In this document: positions 9,423 through 19,014 of the stretch, one piece after another
How positions within the stretch are numbered: position 1 is the stretch's first letter
Layout of the letters: each line of letters begins with the position of its first letter
Assembly (NCBI GenBank): GCA_020634615.1
Contig: JACKBI010000019.1
Span: 52,911-116,910 of the forward strand
Length of the DNA stretch: 64,000 bases
Reading direction: 5' to 3'
Origin: Anaerolineales bacterium
GTDB taxonomy: Bacteria; Chloroflexota; Anaerolineae; JAAEKA01
Program-made: the position numbers and the translations under genes
The notes under the pieces: generated by a model
Databases searched by the model: none
What the model was told of the DNA's origin: nothing
The model's input: the letters and a program-made list of their open reading frames with translations, nothing else

Positions 9423-10898
9423 CTAGGGGGCCGACGTTGCCGTCGCGGGAACAACCCCTGCCCATGTAGTTCCGGCTGGTGTTGTAAGGGCATAGGTTCC
9501 AGAGGAAGTCACGTAGAACAGATTGGTCCCCTCAGGTGTATAGGCAGATTGGTCAATGGTGACATACCACGCCACAGCCTGGTAGCCTGATGGACCAGTT
9601 TGGAACCAGTTAACCATAGGCATCATCACATAATTGACGATTTGATCAGCTGTCGGCGTTCCCGGTGTGGCAGTCGGCCCGTTATAATTTAGATAACCGT
9701 ATTCGGTGATCCAAAGTGGCGCTCCAGACGCAAGTACCGAATCGGTGCGAGCCAACTCGGCTGCATGGGCTGCGGTAAACCCCTCTAAATCACCCTGTAG
9801 ACATCCCCAAATTTCTGAAACGTCATAATTATAGTTGCAGTTAGTGCTCCTGGTCCAGGGATAGACGTGGATCGCCACACCGTCGATCTTCACGCCGGAA
9901 TGCTGTGTGCGAAGTTGTTCTTTAAAATCCTCCCACCAGTCTGTGTTGTGATCAAAGAAGTTGCCGCAACAAAAAAGCCTGGCGCTGGGATCCGCGGTCT
10001 TGATGATATCGCTGACCTCGGCGAAACGATCAGCCGCTAATTCCGCCATTTTTGCTTGCAAGGTCGCTTGAACCGTTGGATTGGGCGTTGGAGTGCCGCT
10101 GTTTCCTCCCCATGCGCACGGATACTGCGGGTTCTGCTGGCGCACGATCTTACACAGCCACTCAGCGCATTGGCCATAGGAATACACTCCCGAGTTTAAC
10201 GTGGCCGGATGATCCGGTTCGTTGAAGACCAGCCAAACGCGGCCAGGATAGGCTGCTGCCAGCTCTTGTAGTTTGGCTGTGTCGATATGGTTGGCGCCGA
10301 CGCCGTCGCTGGGCTTCCCAGCACACCACACCATGGGCACAAATGACCTTGTCTCCAGAGGAGAAGGCGTGACTTTGTAGCTCCAGTTGTAATACCAGTT
10401 GAGATTCAGGGGCGACACGTCTGGTCCTGGTGTAGGGATCAACGGCGGCGTCGCGTTGGGAACGTGCTTGCCCACTCCCTTGCCCCAGCTTGTCCAATGC
10501 GTATGTACCAGCGGCAGGTAGAGATGAAGCGACGAGTCCACATTCTTGACCTGGCTATTCGGAATGTGAGTGACTACAGATGCTGCGGTAGCATCCGCAC
10601 CTGCATCGGACCGGCCCGAGAAACCAGGGCGGTGGATAAGTACCCAGGCTTCTGTCGCGTCAGTTATCCATATCAAAGATTGAGGTGTCTGGGTTGGCCG
10701 GCGGGTCGCGATGGGTATTCCGGTCACAGTGGGCGGCTGAAGTGGGGAGATGACCGTCAGCGACGGCGTCGAACGGACGGTCTGTCCCACCTGCATGGCC
10801 ACGGCGTCAGGAATGCGAAGGTCAGGAGCAGCGAGAAGGCGGCGATGAGGAGCAGGATGGCTGCCCCCCCCCCGACGGTTGTTGCGATGGTCGTTCAT
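9423..10898 (-). CDS. Glycoside hydrolase, GH128/Glyco_hydro_cc-like (putative beta-glucanase), P/T-rich; N-terminus apparently frame-scrambled
   Basis: WYYNWS, FVPMVW, VFNEPD, IDGVAIHVY and PLWITEYG motifs. GGAGG SD before ATG 10898. Confidence 0.75.
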   Translation of the reverse strand: MNDHRNNRRGGGSHPAPHRRLLAAPDLRIPDAVAMQVGQTVRSTPSLTVISPLQPPTVTGIPIATRRPTQTPQSLIWITDATEAWVLIHRPGFSGRSDAGADATAASVVTHIPNSQVKNVDSSLHLYLPLVHTHWTSWGKGVGKHVPNATPPLIPTPGPDVSPLNLNWYYNWSYKVTPSPLETRSFVPMVWCAGKPSDGVGANHIDTAKLQELAAAYPGRVWLVFNEPDHPATLNSGVYSYGQCAEWLCKIVRQQNPQYPCAWGGNSGTPTPNPTVQATLQAKMAELAADRFAEVSDIIKTADPSARLFCCGNFFDHNTDWWEDFKEQLRTQHSGVKIDGVAIHVYPWTRSTNCNYNYDVSEIWGCLQGDLEGFTAAHAAELARTDSVLASGAPLWITEYGYLNYNGPTATPGTPTADQIVNYVMMPMVNWFQTGPSGYQAVAWYVTIDQSAYTPEGTNLFYVTSSGTYALTTPAGTTWAGVVPATATSAP

Positions 10899-11014
10899 GA
10901 GCTTCCTCCATGTGATAGCCAGCATTGATGCAGGCGATTTCATCATCAACGAACTGACCCGATGATAGCACCTGTGCTTGTTGGTGTCAATGGGAAGTTT
11001 GGGCCAGTTCGCTG

Positions 11015-11020
11015 TATAAT
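11015..11020 (+). promoter_or_regulatory. -10 box of a probable leaderless transcript
   Basis: TATAAT 6 nt upstream of ATG 11027, with no SD between. Confidence 0.5.
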
Positions 11021-11026
11021 GCGGGC

Positions 11027-12391
11027 ATGAGCGCATACACGAATCTCCTGCGCACGGTCGCACTGCCGGCCGGATCGATGCTGGCCGGCTACCGGGACGT
11101 GATGCCGTATCTGCGCGGGTTGGAGGAGTCGCAGTGGTGGTCGCCGGCCGAGATCCGCGCCCTGCAGGACCGCAAGCTGCGCCGCCTGGTCAGCCATGTC
11201 TACCGCAATGTCCCGTTCTACCGCCGCTGGATGGACGAGCACAGCGTGCGCCCCAAGGACATCCGCTCGTTGGACGATCTGCACTTATTACCCATCGTGG
11301 ACAAACACGTCCTGGTAGCCAACTACCCGGATGACATGCGCGACCACTCGATCCCGCAGGACGAGCTCATCCAGGCCGCCTCCAGCGGCTCCACCGGCGA
11401 GCGGTTGCACTACTGGACCACCAAAGCGCAGAAAGCTAAGAAGTGGGCCGGGCTGTTCCGCTGGTGGGAGCTGACCGGCTGGCAGTTCGGCCAGCCCTAT
11501 GCCACCTTCCAGCTTGCGCCCAACCAGGGGCTGCGCGGCGTGCCGCTGCTGGGCAACCTGGAGTGGCTGATGCTGCGCCACCGCTGGCTCTCCGCCGCGC
11601 AGATGACCGATGATGTGCTGGCCGGCTACGTCGAACGGCTGCGCGCCGACCAGCCGGTGTTGTTCCGTTCCTACACCTCCACGGTCTACTATCTGGCCGA
11701 GGCCATGTTGCGCGCCGGCCTCCAAGTGGCGATTCCGGCGATCCTGACCACCGGCGAGACCCTCAGCGACTACCAGCGCGAGACCATCGAGCGTGCCTTC
11801 GAGCCCGGACGTGTCTTCAACGAGTACGGCGGTGACGGGATGCAGATCGCCTGCGAGTGCGAGCGCCACGACGGTCTGCACATCAACGCCGAGACGCACA
11901 TCGTCGAGATCGTGCGCGACGGGGAGCCGGTGCCCGACGGCGAGCTGGGCGAAATCGTTCTGACCAATCTGGAAGCCACCGCGACTCCTTTCATCCGCTA
12001 CAACATCCACGATGTCGGCGCGCTGAACCGGACGCCCTGCGCCTGCGGCCGCGGGCTGCCCCGCCTTAGCCGGCTGGAAGGCAGGCTCACCGACCTTTTC
12101 GTGACGGCCGACGGCCATTGGCTAACCGTCCACCAGTTCACCGCCTTCTTTGCCCGCCAGGTTCCATCGGTGCAGGCGTTCCAGGTCATCCAGCGCACCG
12201 CGGACGACGTGCTGATCAAGCTGGTGGTGGACAACAGCTTCAATGACGCCGACCGCCAGCGCATCGTGGACACCTTCCGCGGCTACCTCGGTCCCGATAA
12301 CACCTTCACCCTGGAACTGGTGGATGAGATTCCGACCACGCCCAGCGGCAAGCGGCGCTTCTTCATCTCCGAAGTGATCGGTAACGCCTGA
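11027..12391 (+). CDS. Phenylacetate-CoA ligase/CapK-family adenylate-forming enzyme
   Basis: SSGSTG P-loop, LTTGETL, PFIRYNIHD, LEGRLTD, C-terminal IPTTPSGKRR. Confidence 0.85.
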   Translation: MSAYTNLLRTVALPAGSMLAGYRDVMPYLRGLEESQWWSPAEIRALQDRKLRRLVSHVYRNVPFYRRWMDEHSVRPKDIRSLDDLHLLPIVDKHVLVANYPDDMRDHSIPQDELIQAASSGSTGERLHYWTTKAQKAKKWAGLFRWWELTGWQFGQPYATFQLAPNQGLRGVPLLGNLEWLMLRHRWLSAAQMTDDVLAGYVERLRADQPVLFRSYTSTVYYLAEAMLRAGLQVAIPAILTTGETLSDYQRETIERAFEPGRVFNEYGGDGMQIACECERHDGLHINAETHIVEIVRDGEPVPDGELGEIVLTNLEATATPFIRYNIHDVGALNRTPCACGRGLPRLSRLEGRLTDLFVTADGHWLTVHQFTAFFARQVPSVQAFQVIQRTADDVLIKLVVDNSFNDADRQRIVDTFRGYLGPDNTFTLELVDEIPTTPSGKRRFFISEVIGNA

Positions 12392-12396
12392 CCGCG

Positions 12397-12756
12397 ATGC
12401 ACGAGCTGCCGATCACTCAGGGCATCCTTGACACCGCGGTAGCTGCTGCGCAGCAGGCCGACGCCCGCCGCATCCTGGCCATCGATCTGGTCATCGGCGG
12501 GTTGAGCGGCGTGGTGGACGACTCGGTCCAGTTCTATTTCGACATCCTCAGCCAGAATACGCTGGCCGAAGGCGCGACCCTACGCTTCCGACGCGTGCCG
12601 GCCAGCGCTGCCTGCCTCGACTGTGGGTTCACGTTCGAGACGACACCGCCCCTCTCACCGGCCTGCCCGGCCTGCCAAAGCGCGCTGGTGCGGGTCGAGG
12701 GCGGGCGCGAGTTCTTCGTGGAAAGCATTGAGATCGATGACGACGATAGCAGTTGA
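12397..12756 (+). CDS. hypA: Hydrogenase maturation Ni metallochaperone HypA
   Basis: MHELPI N-terminus, two CxxC (CLDC, CPAC), GREF..ESIEI. Confidence 0.95.
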   Translation: MHELPITQGILDTAVAAAQQADARRILAIDLVIGGLSGVVDDSVQFYFDILSQNTLAEGATLRFRRVPASAACLDCGFTFETTPPLSPACPACQSALVRVEGGREFFVESIEIDDDDSS

Positions 12757-13390
12757 ACAACGCATCCTGAACGCCAACGACCAGATCGCGGCCGAGAATC
12801 GCGCCGCGCTGGACGCCGCCGGCACGCTGGCGATCAACGTCATGGCGTCGCCCGGCGCGGGGAAGACCAGCCTGATCCTGGCGACCGCCGCGCGTCTGCC
12901 CGCCGACGTGCGCCCGGCGGTCATCGAGGGCGACCTGGCGTCGCGCATCGACGCCGACACGATGACCGCGGCCGGCATCGACGTGGTGCAGATCAACACC
13001 GGCGGGAGCTGTCACCTGGATGCGCCGATGGTGCGCACGGCGCTGCCGGAGTTGCTGGCCGGCCGGCCCGACCTGCTCTTCATCGAAAACGTCGGCAATC
13101 TGATCTGCACGGCCGAGTTCGCGCTGGGGTCACACCTCAACGTGGTGGTTGCCAGTTCGCCCGAAGGTCACGACAAACCGTACAAATACCCGGGGATGTT
13201 CGCCGCGGCCGACGCGGTGGTGCTGAACAAGGCCGACGTGATGGCGGTGTTCGACTTCGACGTAGACTTCTTCCAGCGCGGGCTGGCGATGGTCAACGCG
13301 CACGCGCCGCTGTTTGTGGTTTCCTGTCGCACCGGGGACGGACTGGATGCGTGGGTGGCGTGGCTGCTGGCCCAGCGCGCTCAGTCGTGA
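12737..13390 (+). CDS. hypB: Hydrogenase Ni-incorporation GTPase HypB
   Basis: SPGAGKTSL, IEGD, QINTGGSCHLDA, IENVGNLIC, KPYKYP. ATG 12737 overlaps the end of hypA. Confidence 0.95.
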   Translation: MTTIAVEQRILNANDQIAAENRAALDAAGTLAINVMASPGAGKTSLILATAARLPADVRPAVIEGDLASRIDADTMTAAGIDVVQINTGGSCHLDAPMVRTALPELLAGRPDLLFIENVGNLICTAEFALGSHLNVVVASSPEGHDKPYKYPGMFAAADAVVLNKADVMAVFDFDVDFFQRGLAMVNAHAPLFVVSCRTGDGLDAWVAWLLAQRAQS

Positions 13391-13397
13391 AACGCTG

Positions 13398-15881
13398 ATG
13401 TCCGCGAGCAACGATGCTCCCTCGACCGACCCGACCCGCCGGCTGCGGCTGGAAATCCACGGCGCGGTGCAAGGGGTCGGCTTTCGCCCGTTCGTCTACC
13501 GACTGGCCACGGAGCTGGCGCTCGCCGGCTGGGTGATCAACAACAGCCAGGGGGTGTTCATCGAGGTGGAAGGATCGGAGCAGCGCGTGCAGAGGTTTCT
13601 GGAACGTCTGCCGCTCGAGACACCGCCGCGCGCCATCGTCCACTCGCTGGACAAAGAATGGCTGGAACCGGTCAGCTACGACCGTTTTGAGATCCGTCAC
13701 AGCGAGGAAGCAGGCCAAAAGACAGCGCTGGTTCTTCCCGACATCGCCACTTGCCCTGACTGCCTGGCCGAGGTGCTGGACTCCACCGACCGCCGTCATG
13801 GCTACCCGTTCACCAACTGCACCAACTGCGGGCCACGCTTTAGCATCATCCAGGCGCTGCCCTACGACCGCCCCAACACCACCATGCGCCAGTTCGTCAT
13901 GTGCCCGGTCTGTCAGGCTGAATATGACGATCCGCGCGACCGCCGCTTCCATGCTCAGCCGAGCGCGTGCCCGGTGTGTGGGCCGCGGGTTGTGGGGTGG
14001 GGGGTGGGGCGTGGGGCGTGGGGGCTGGGGGTTGGAGAGAACGATCCGATCCGTACGGCGGCTGATGCTTTGCTTGCCGGACAGATTGTAGCGGTCAAGG
14101 GATTGGGTGGATTTCATTTGATGGTGGATGCGGGGAACACCGACGCTATCGAACGACTACGGGGGCGCAAACCGCGGCGGGATAAGCCGTTTGCGCTCAT
14201 GGTGCGCGATTTGGATGCGGCGCAAAGGCTGTGCGTGGCGTCAGCGGAGGCGGAAGCGCTGCTGACATCTGCGGAGGCGCCGATTGTGTTGCTGCCTCGC
14301 CGGGATGACGCACCGGTGGCCGATGCCGTCGCGCCGGGAAATCCAACGCTGGGTGTGATGCTGCCTTACACGCCGTTGCATCATTTACTGTTGCAAGAAG
14401 TGGCACGGTCCGATACCGGCCACAACGGTGGGGAGATCGGCCACAGCATCGAGGCATTGGTGGCGACCAGCGGCAACCTGAGCGACGAGCCGATCTGCAC
14501 CGACGAGCACGAGGCGGTTGAGCGGCTGGGGCACATCGCCGACCTGTTCCTGGTACACGACCGGCCCATCGAGCGCCACGTGGATGACAGCGTGGCCTGG
14601 ATCGTGGAGGGCAAGGCGAGGCTGTTGCGGCGGGCGCGCGGTTTCGCGCCGCTGCCGGTGCTGCTGCACCAGCCTGCGCCGGTGATCCTGGCAGTCGGGG
14701 CGCACTTGAAGAACACGGTCGCGTTGAGCGTCGGCCGCCAGGTCTTCATCAGTCAGCACATCGGCGACCTCGAAACGCCCGAATCGCTGGCCGCCTTCGA
14801 ACGTGTCATCGCCGACTTCCTACGGCTGTACGAGGCAGAACCGGTCGTTATCGCGCACGATATGCACCCGGAGTATCTGTCGACGAACTGGGCGGAGGAG
14901 AGAGAAGGAAGGGAAAAGAGGGAAAGAAGGGAAAGAGCGGAAAGTCAACTAGTTCAGATGCAGAAACACCCGGATGGCGAAACCGCCTCGCCAGTTTTTC
15001 CCTCTTTTCCTTCCTTTCCCTTATTTCCTTCTCTGCTCCCCGTCCAGCACCACCACGCGCATTTGGCCGCCTGCCTTGCCGAGCATGGCGTTGACGGGCC
15101 GGCGCTGGGGGTGACCTGGGACGGGACAGGCTACGGGCTGGATGGGACGATCTGGGGCGGCGAGTTTTTGCTGGGTGACGCGCGCGAGTTTCAACGGGTG
15201 GCGCACCTGCGGCCCTTCCGACTGCCCGGCGGCGATGCAGCTGTCAAGGAGCCGCGGCGGGTGGCGTTTGCCATGCTGTGGGAGTTGTACGGCGACGAGG
15301 TGTTGGACTGGGACTTCGTGGCGCCGGTGCGTGCGCTGCGCCGCGATGAGCGCACCCTGCTGTCGCAGATGCTGGCGCGTGGCCTGAACGCGCCGATCAC
15401 TACCAGCGCAGGACGTCTGTTCGACGGCGTAGCCGCGCTGATCGGTTTGCACCAGCAGGTGACGTTTGAAGGCCAGGCCGCGATGGCGCTGGAGTTCGCC
15501 GCCGATGCCCGCGAAAACAGCGCCTATAACATCCATCTTGCCGCCTCAGCCAGTCAACCCTCAACGTTGACCCTCGACTGGCAACCGATGGTCGAGGAGA
15601 TCCTGAGCGACTTGCGGCGCGGTGTGTCCTCTGGTATGATGGCTGCACGCTTCCACAACGCGTTGGTGCGGGCGATTGTCGCCACAGCGCAAGAGATCGG
15701 CGAAGAGCGCGTCGCCCTGACCGGTGGATGCTTCCAGAATCGCCTGCTGGTCGAACGCACTGCCCGACGGCTGCGTACTGCCGGCTTTGAAGTTCTGCTC
15801 CACCGCCAGGTTCCACCCAACGACGGCGGCATCAGTCTTGGGCAGATCGCGGTGGCGGCGGCGCAGTTCAGCGAACAGTAA
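13398..15881 (+). CDS. hypF: Carbamoyltransferase HypF, with low-complexity in-frame insertions
   Basis: Acylphosphatase VQGVGFRPFVY, zinc fingers CPDC/CTNCGPR/CPVC, VKGLGGFHL, VQHHHAH, PPNDGGISLGQ. Confidence 0.95.
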   Translation: MSASNDAPSTDPTRRLRLEIHGAVQGVGFRPFVYRLATELALAGWVINNSQGVFIEVEGSEQRVQRFLERLPLETPPRAIVHSLDKEWLEPVSYDRFEIRHSEEAGQKTALVLPDIATCPDCLAEVLDSTDRRHGYPFTNCTNCGPRFSIIQALPYDRPNTTMRQFVMCPVCQAEYDDPRDRRFHAQPSACPVCGPRVVGWGVGRGAWGLGVGENDPIRTAADALLAGQIVAVKGLGGFHLMVDAGNTDAIERLRGRKPRRDKPFALMVRDLDAAQRLCVASAEAEALLTSAEAPIVLLPRRDDAPVADAVAPGNPTLGVMLPYTPLHHLLLQEVARSDTGHNGGEIGHSIEALVATSGNLSDEPICTDEHEAVERLGHIADLFLVHDRPIERHVDDSVAWIVEGKARLLRRARGFAPLPVLLHQPAPVILAVGAHLKNTVALSVGRQVFISQHIGDLETPESLAAFERVIADFLRLYEAEPVVIAHDMHPEYLSTNWAEEREGREKRERRERAESQLVQMQKHPDGETASPVFPSFPSFPLFPSLLPVQHHHAHLAACLAEHGVDGPALGVTWDGTGYGLDGTIWGGEFLLGDAREFQRVAHLRPFRLPGGDAAVKEPRRVAFAMLWELYGDEVLDWDFVAPVRALRRDERTLLSQMLARGLNAPITTSAGRLFDGVAALIGLHQQVTFEGQAAMALEFAADARENSAYNIHLAASASQPSTLTLDWQPMVEEILSDLRRGVSSGMMAARFHNALVRAIVATAQEIGEERVALTGGCFQNRLLVERTARRLRTAGFEVLLHRQVPPNDGGISLGQIAVAAAQFSEQ

Positions 15882-15974
15882 TCAGTTGTCAGTCATCAGT
15901 AATCAGTACACGGTGCTCCCATCGCCGATTACTGGAAACTGATTACTGACTACTGGAAACCGATTACCGATAAC
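15876..15974. repeat. Inverted array of heptamer-like repeats (TAATCAG / CTGATTA)
   Basis: The left arm CAGTAATCAGT.. pairs with the right arm ACTGATTACTG..; a related element lies at 23701..23765. Confidence 0.6.
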
Positions 15975-15986
15975 GAGGTCTGGAAA

Positions 15987-16241
15987 ATGTGTCTCGGTGT
16001 TCCCGGAAAAGTAGTTGAGATCAGCGAAGACCCGCTGGGCATGACCATGGGCAAGGTCGATTTCAGCGGCATCGTCAAGGAGGTCTGCCTGGCGTACGTG
16101 CCGGAGGTGACGCTGGGCGACTACGTGGTGGTGCACGTCGGCTTTGCCATCAGCGTCGTGGACGAGGACGAAGCGCAGGAGGTGTTCGAGTTTCTGCGCC
16201 AAATGGATGAACTGGCAGAGCTGGAGATCGCGCAGAATTAG
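15987..16241 (+). CDS. hypC: Hydrogenase assembly chaperone HypC
   Basis: MCLGVPGKV, VGDYV-like LGDYVVVHVGFAI. Confidence 0.95.
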   Translation: MCLGVPGKVVEISEDPLGMTMGKVDFSGIVKEVCLAYVPEVTLGDYVVVHVGFAISVVDEDEAQEVFEFLRQMDELAELEIAQN

Positions 16242-16283
16242 ACATCTGGCGTCTGTATTGTTGATTTGAACTGGAGAACAGGC

Positions 16284-16556
16284 ATGGCAACACGATTTGT
16301 CCTCAGTGACTATCTTGAAAGCGCGATGGCCCAGGCATCCTATGACAAACTGGAAGACGAGTCCTATTTTGGACGTGTTCCTTCATGCACAGGCGTAGTT
16401 GCATTCGGCGCTACGTTGCGTGAGTGCGAGCAAGAGTTGCAATCCACACTTGAAGACTGGGTCCTCCTCGGTCTCAAACTAAGACACGCGCTCCCTGTCA
16501 TTGACGAAATCGATCTGAACACGGAACCTGAATATGAGCCGCTGGGCGCCGTGTAA
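16284..16556 (+). CDS. hicB: HicB-family antitoxin
   Basis: YDKLEDESYFGRVPSCTGVVAFGATLRECEQELQSTLEDW pattern; GGAG SD. Confidence 0.8.
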   Translation: MATRFVLSDYLESAMAQASYDKLEDESYFGRVPSCTGVVAFGATLRECEQELQSTLEDWVLLGLKLRHALPVIDEIDLNTEPEYEPLGAV

Positions 16557-16764
16557 ACGACGGGAATTCATCAGACGGTTGCACAGCCTCGGCTTTGAAG
16601 GACCGTTTGCGGGTTCCAGACATCAATTTATGACGATGGGTCAACACAGACTCGCGGTCCCATCCAACGCCGAGTTCTCGGTTCCGCAGCTCAAGATGTT
16701 GCTCAAAGAAGTTGAATACATCATCGGACGCGAGATATCAAGTGATGAATGGAACAGATTATGA
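16534..16764 (+). CDS. hicA: HicA-family toxin
   Basis: RREFIRRLHSLGFEGP.AGSRHQFM..VP pattern; overlaps hicB. Confidence 0.8.
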   Translation: MSRWAPCKRREFIRRLHSLGFEGPFAGSRHQFMTMGQHRLAVPSNAEFSVPQLKMLLKEVEYIIGREISSDEWNRL

Positions 16765-16794
16765 TCGCCGTTTACCGACTCCAGGAACGGTTCG

Positions 16795-17898
16795 ATGAAA
16801 TACGTTGACGAGTACCGCGGCGAGGCGGAAGCGCAGAGATTCGTGCGTGCGATTCACGACACCGTGACCCGGCCGTGGACATTGATGGAGGTCTGCGGCG
16901 GTCAGACGCACACGCTGATCAAGTTCGGCATCGACGCAATGCTGCCGAAGCAGGTGACGCTGGTGCATGGTCCCGGCTGCCCAGTCTGCGTCACGCCGCT
17001 GGAGCTGATCGACAAGGCGATCGCCATCGCGCGCCGGCCGGAGGTCATTTTCACCTCCTTCGGTGACATGCTGCGGGTGCCCGGCTCCTCGACCGACCTG
17101 CTGAGCGTCAAGGCTGGCGGCGGGGACGTGCGCATGGTCTACTCGCCGCTGGATGCCGTCAAGCTGGCGCAGAAGCATCTCGACCGGCAGGTGGTGTTCT
17201 TTGCCGTCGGCTTCGAGACCACCGCGCCCGCCAACGCGATGGCCGTCTGGCAGGCAAAGCAGCTCGGTCTAGACAACTTCTCGATCCTCTGTTCGCACGT
17301 CCTGGTGCCGCCGGCCATGGAGGCGATCCTCGGCTCGCCTGACAGCCTGGTGCAGGGCTTCCTGGCGGCCGGCCACGTCTGCGCGATCATGGGCTACTGG
17401 GAATACGAACCGATCGCTGCCCGCTACCGCGTGCCGATTGTGGTCACCGGCTTCGAGCCGCTGGACCTGCTGCAAGGGATCTACATGACGCTGCGCGCGC
17501 TGGAAGAAGGGCGCTGGGGCGTCGAGAACCAGTATGCGCGCGCCGTCACGCGTGACGGCAACCAGGCGGCGCAGCGGCTGGTCGGCCAGGTGTTCGCCAC
17601 CGGCGACCGCCAATGGCGCGGCATCGGGCTGATCCCCAACAGCGGCTACAGGCTGCGACCCGAATACGCCCGCTACGATGCCGAGCAACGTTTCGAAGTT
17701 GCCGGCATCGCCGCCCAGGAATCGCCGCTCTGCATCGCCGGCCAGATCATGCAGGGATTGAAGAAGCCGCACCAGTGCAGCGCGTTCGCGACGCTGTGCA
17801 CGCCGGAACGGCCGCTGGGCGCGCCGATGGTGTCTTCCGAGGGCGCGTGTGCGGCCTACTATGCCTATCACCGGACGGCCGTCGATGTGCCGGTCTGA
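16795..17898 (+). CDS. hypD: Hydrogenase formation protein HypD
   Basis: [29 protein letters not shown]-terminal [22 protein letters not shown]. Confidence 0.95.
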   Translation: MKYVDEYRGEAEAQRFVRAIHDTVTRPWTLMEVCGGQTHTLIKFGIDAMLPKQVTLVHGPGCPVCVTPLELIDKAIAIARRPEVIFTSFGDMLRVPGSSTDLLSVKAGGGDVRMVYSPLDAVKLAQKHLDRQVVFFAVGFETTAPANAMAVWQAKQLGLDNFSILCSHVLVPPAMEAILGSPDSLVQGFLAAGHVCAIMGYWEYEPIAARYRVPIVVTGFEPLDLLQGIYMTLRALEEGRWGVENQYARAVTRDGNQAAQRLVGQVFATGDRQWRGIGLIPNSGYRLRPEYARYDAEQRFEVAGIAAQESPLCIAGQIMQGLKKPHQCSAFATLCTPERPLGAPMVSSEGACAAYYAYHRTAVDVPV

Positions 17899-17904
17899 CC
17901 TGCC

Positions 17905-18993
17905 GTGAAACTTCCTTTGCGCTCCCTGCCTGCCCTGCTGGCGCTGGCTCTGCTGGTCGCCTGTGTTCCGCCGCAACCTTTTCCCTCCGACCCCAGCGGT
18001 GAGTTGTTCTTCCCGGCCGACAACGGCGCACGCGTGGATGTGATGCCGGCTGACTGCCTGGTGACCGGCAATCCCTGTCCAGCACCGATCACCCTTTCCC
18101 TGTATCCTGAAGAGTGGAACGTCATTGGTCTTGACTGGGCGGCGGATGCCAGCACCGCCGCCGTCCTGGCCGCGGACGAACCGAAGGACCACCTGGCGTT
18201 GTTCTCCCCGCCCAGCCGCCAGTTGCGCCGCTTTGCCTCGCTGGCTTTCGTCCGCGAGACTGCCTGGTCGCCGGATGGCAAGCAGCTCGCCGTGGCCGGC
18301 GTGGCTGAGCAGGGACAGAAGAACGCGGCGACAAACGAAGGGCAAATGGAAGGTTCGAACATTTTGCTGTATTCCGTCGCCGGCAAGGAACTGGGCAATC
18401 TGACTGCTGGCATGCCGGGCAGGAAGAGCAATCTGGGCTGGCTGTCAGCCGACACGCTGCTATTTCAGAATTTCCTTTCCGAGCAGGACTGCAACGTCTA
18501 CACGGTCACGGTCGGCAGCGGCTCGACGGCGCCGTGGACCGAGCCACAGTTGTGCCACGCAAACCCGGCCATCTCGCCGGACGGTGCACAGGTCGCGTTT
18601 GTCCGCGATGGCAACCTGTATCTGGCCGATGGCGACGGCAGCGATGCCACGCTGATCCTCGATCTGCCCGCCTCCATTGACCGGCCGGCGTGGTCGCCCG
18701 ACGGCCAATGGATCGCCTTCGACGAGACCGAGCCATCCGCGATCGGCGTCGTGCATCCCGACGGAACCGGCAATCGGCAGGTCGGCGAAAGCGGCGAAAA
18801 TACCGGCTTTGCGCCGTTGCCTGACAAAGCATTGCTGCTCGCGCGCACCGTGCATGGTCAAGACGCCAGCAATGCGACCGCCAGTTGGTTTGTGATCCCA
18901 ATCCCTGACGGACAGCCCGCGGCGGTTGTCGTCCCCGGTATTCCGCCCGACCAGATGCCACTCAATCTCTCATGGCGTCCGCCGCAACAATAG
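17905..18993 (+). CDS. Lipoprotein with PD40/TolB-like repeats
   Basis: Lipobox LLVAC and repeats AWSPDG, AISPDG, PAWSPDG. Confidence 0.8.
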   Translation: MKLPLRSLPALLALALLVACVPPQPFPSDPSGELFFPADNGARVDVMPADCLVTGNPCPAPITLSLYPEEWNVIGLDWAADASTAAVLAADEPKDHLALFSPPSRQLRRFASLAFVRETAWSPDGKQLAVAGVAEQGQKNAATNEGQMEGSNILLYSVAGKELGNLTAGMPGRKSNLGWLSADTLLFQNFLSEQDCNVYTVTVGSGSTAPWTEPQLCHANPAISPDGAQVAFVRDGNLYLADGDGSDATLILDLPASIDRPAWSPDGQWIAFDETEPSAIGVVHPDGTGNRQVGESGENTGFAPLPDKALLLARTVHGQDASNATASWFVIPIPDGQPAAVVVPGIPPDQMPLNLSWRPPQQ

Positions 18994-19014
18994 AAGTATC
19001 GCACCAAACCAACC

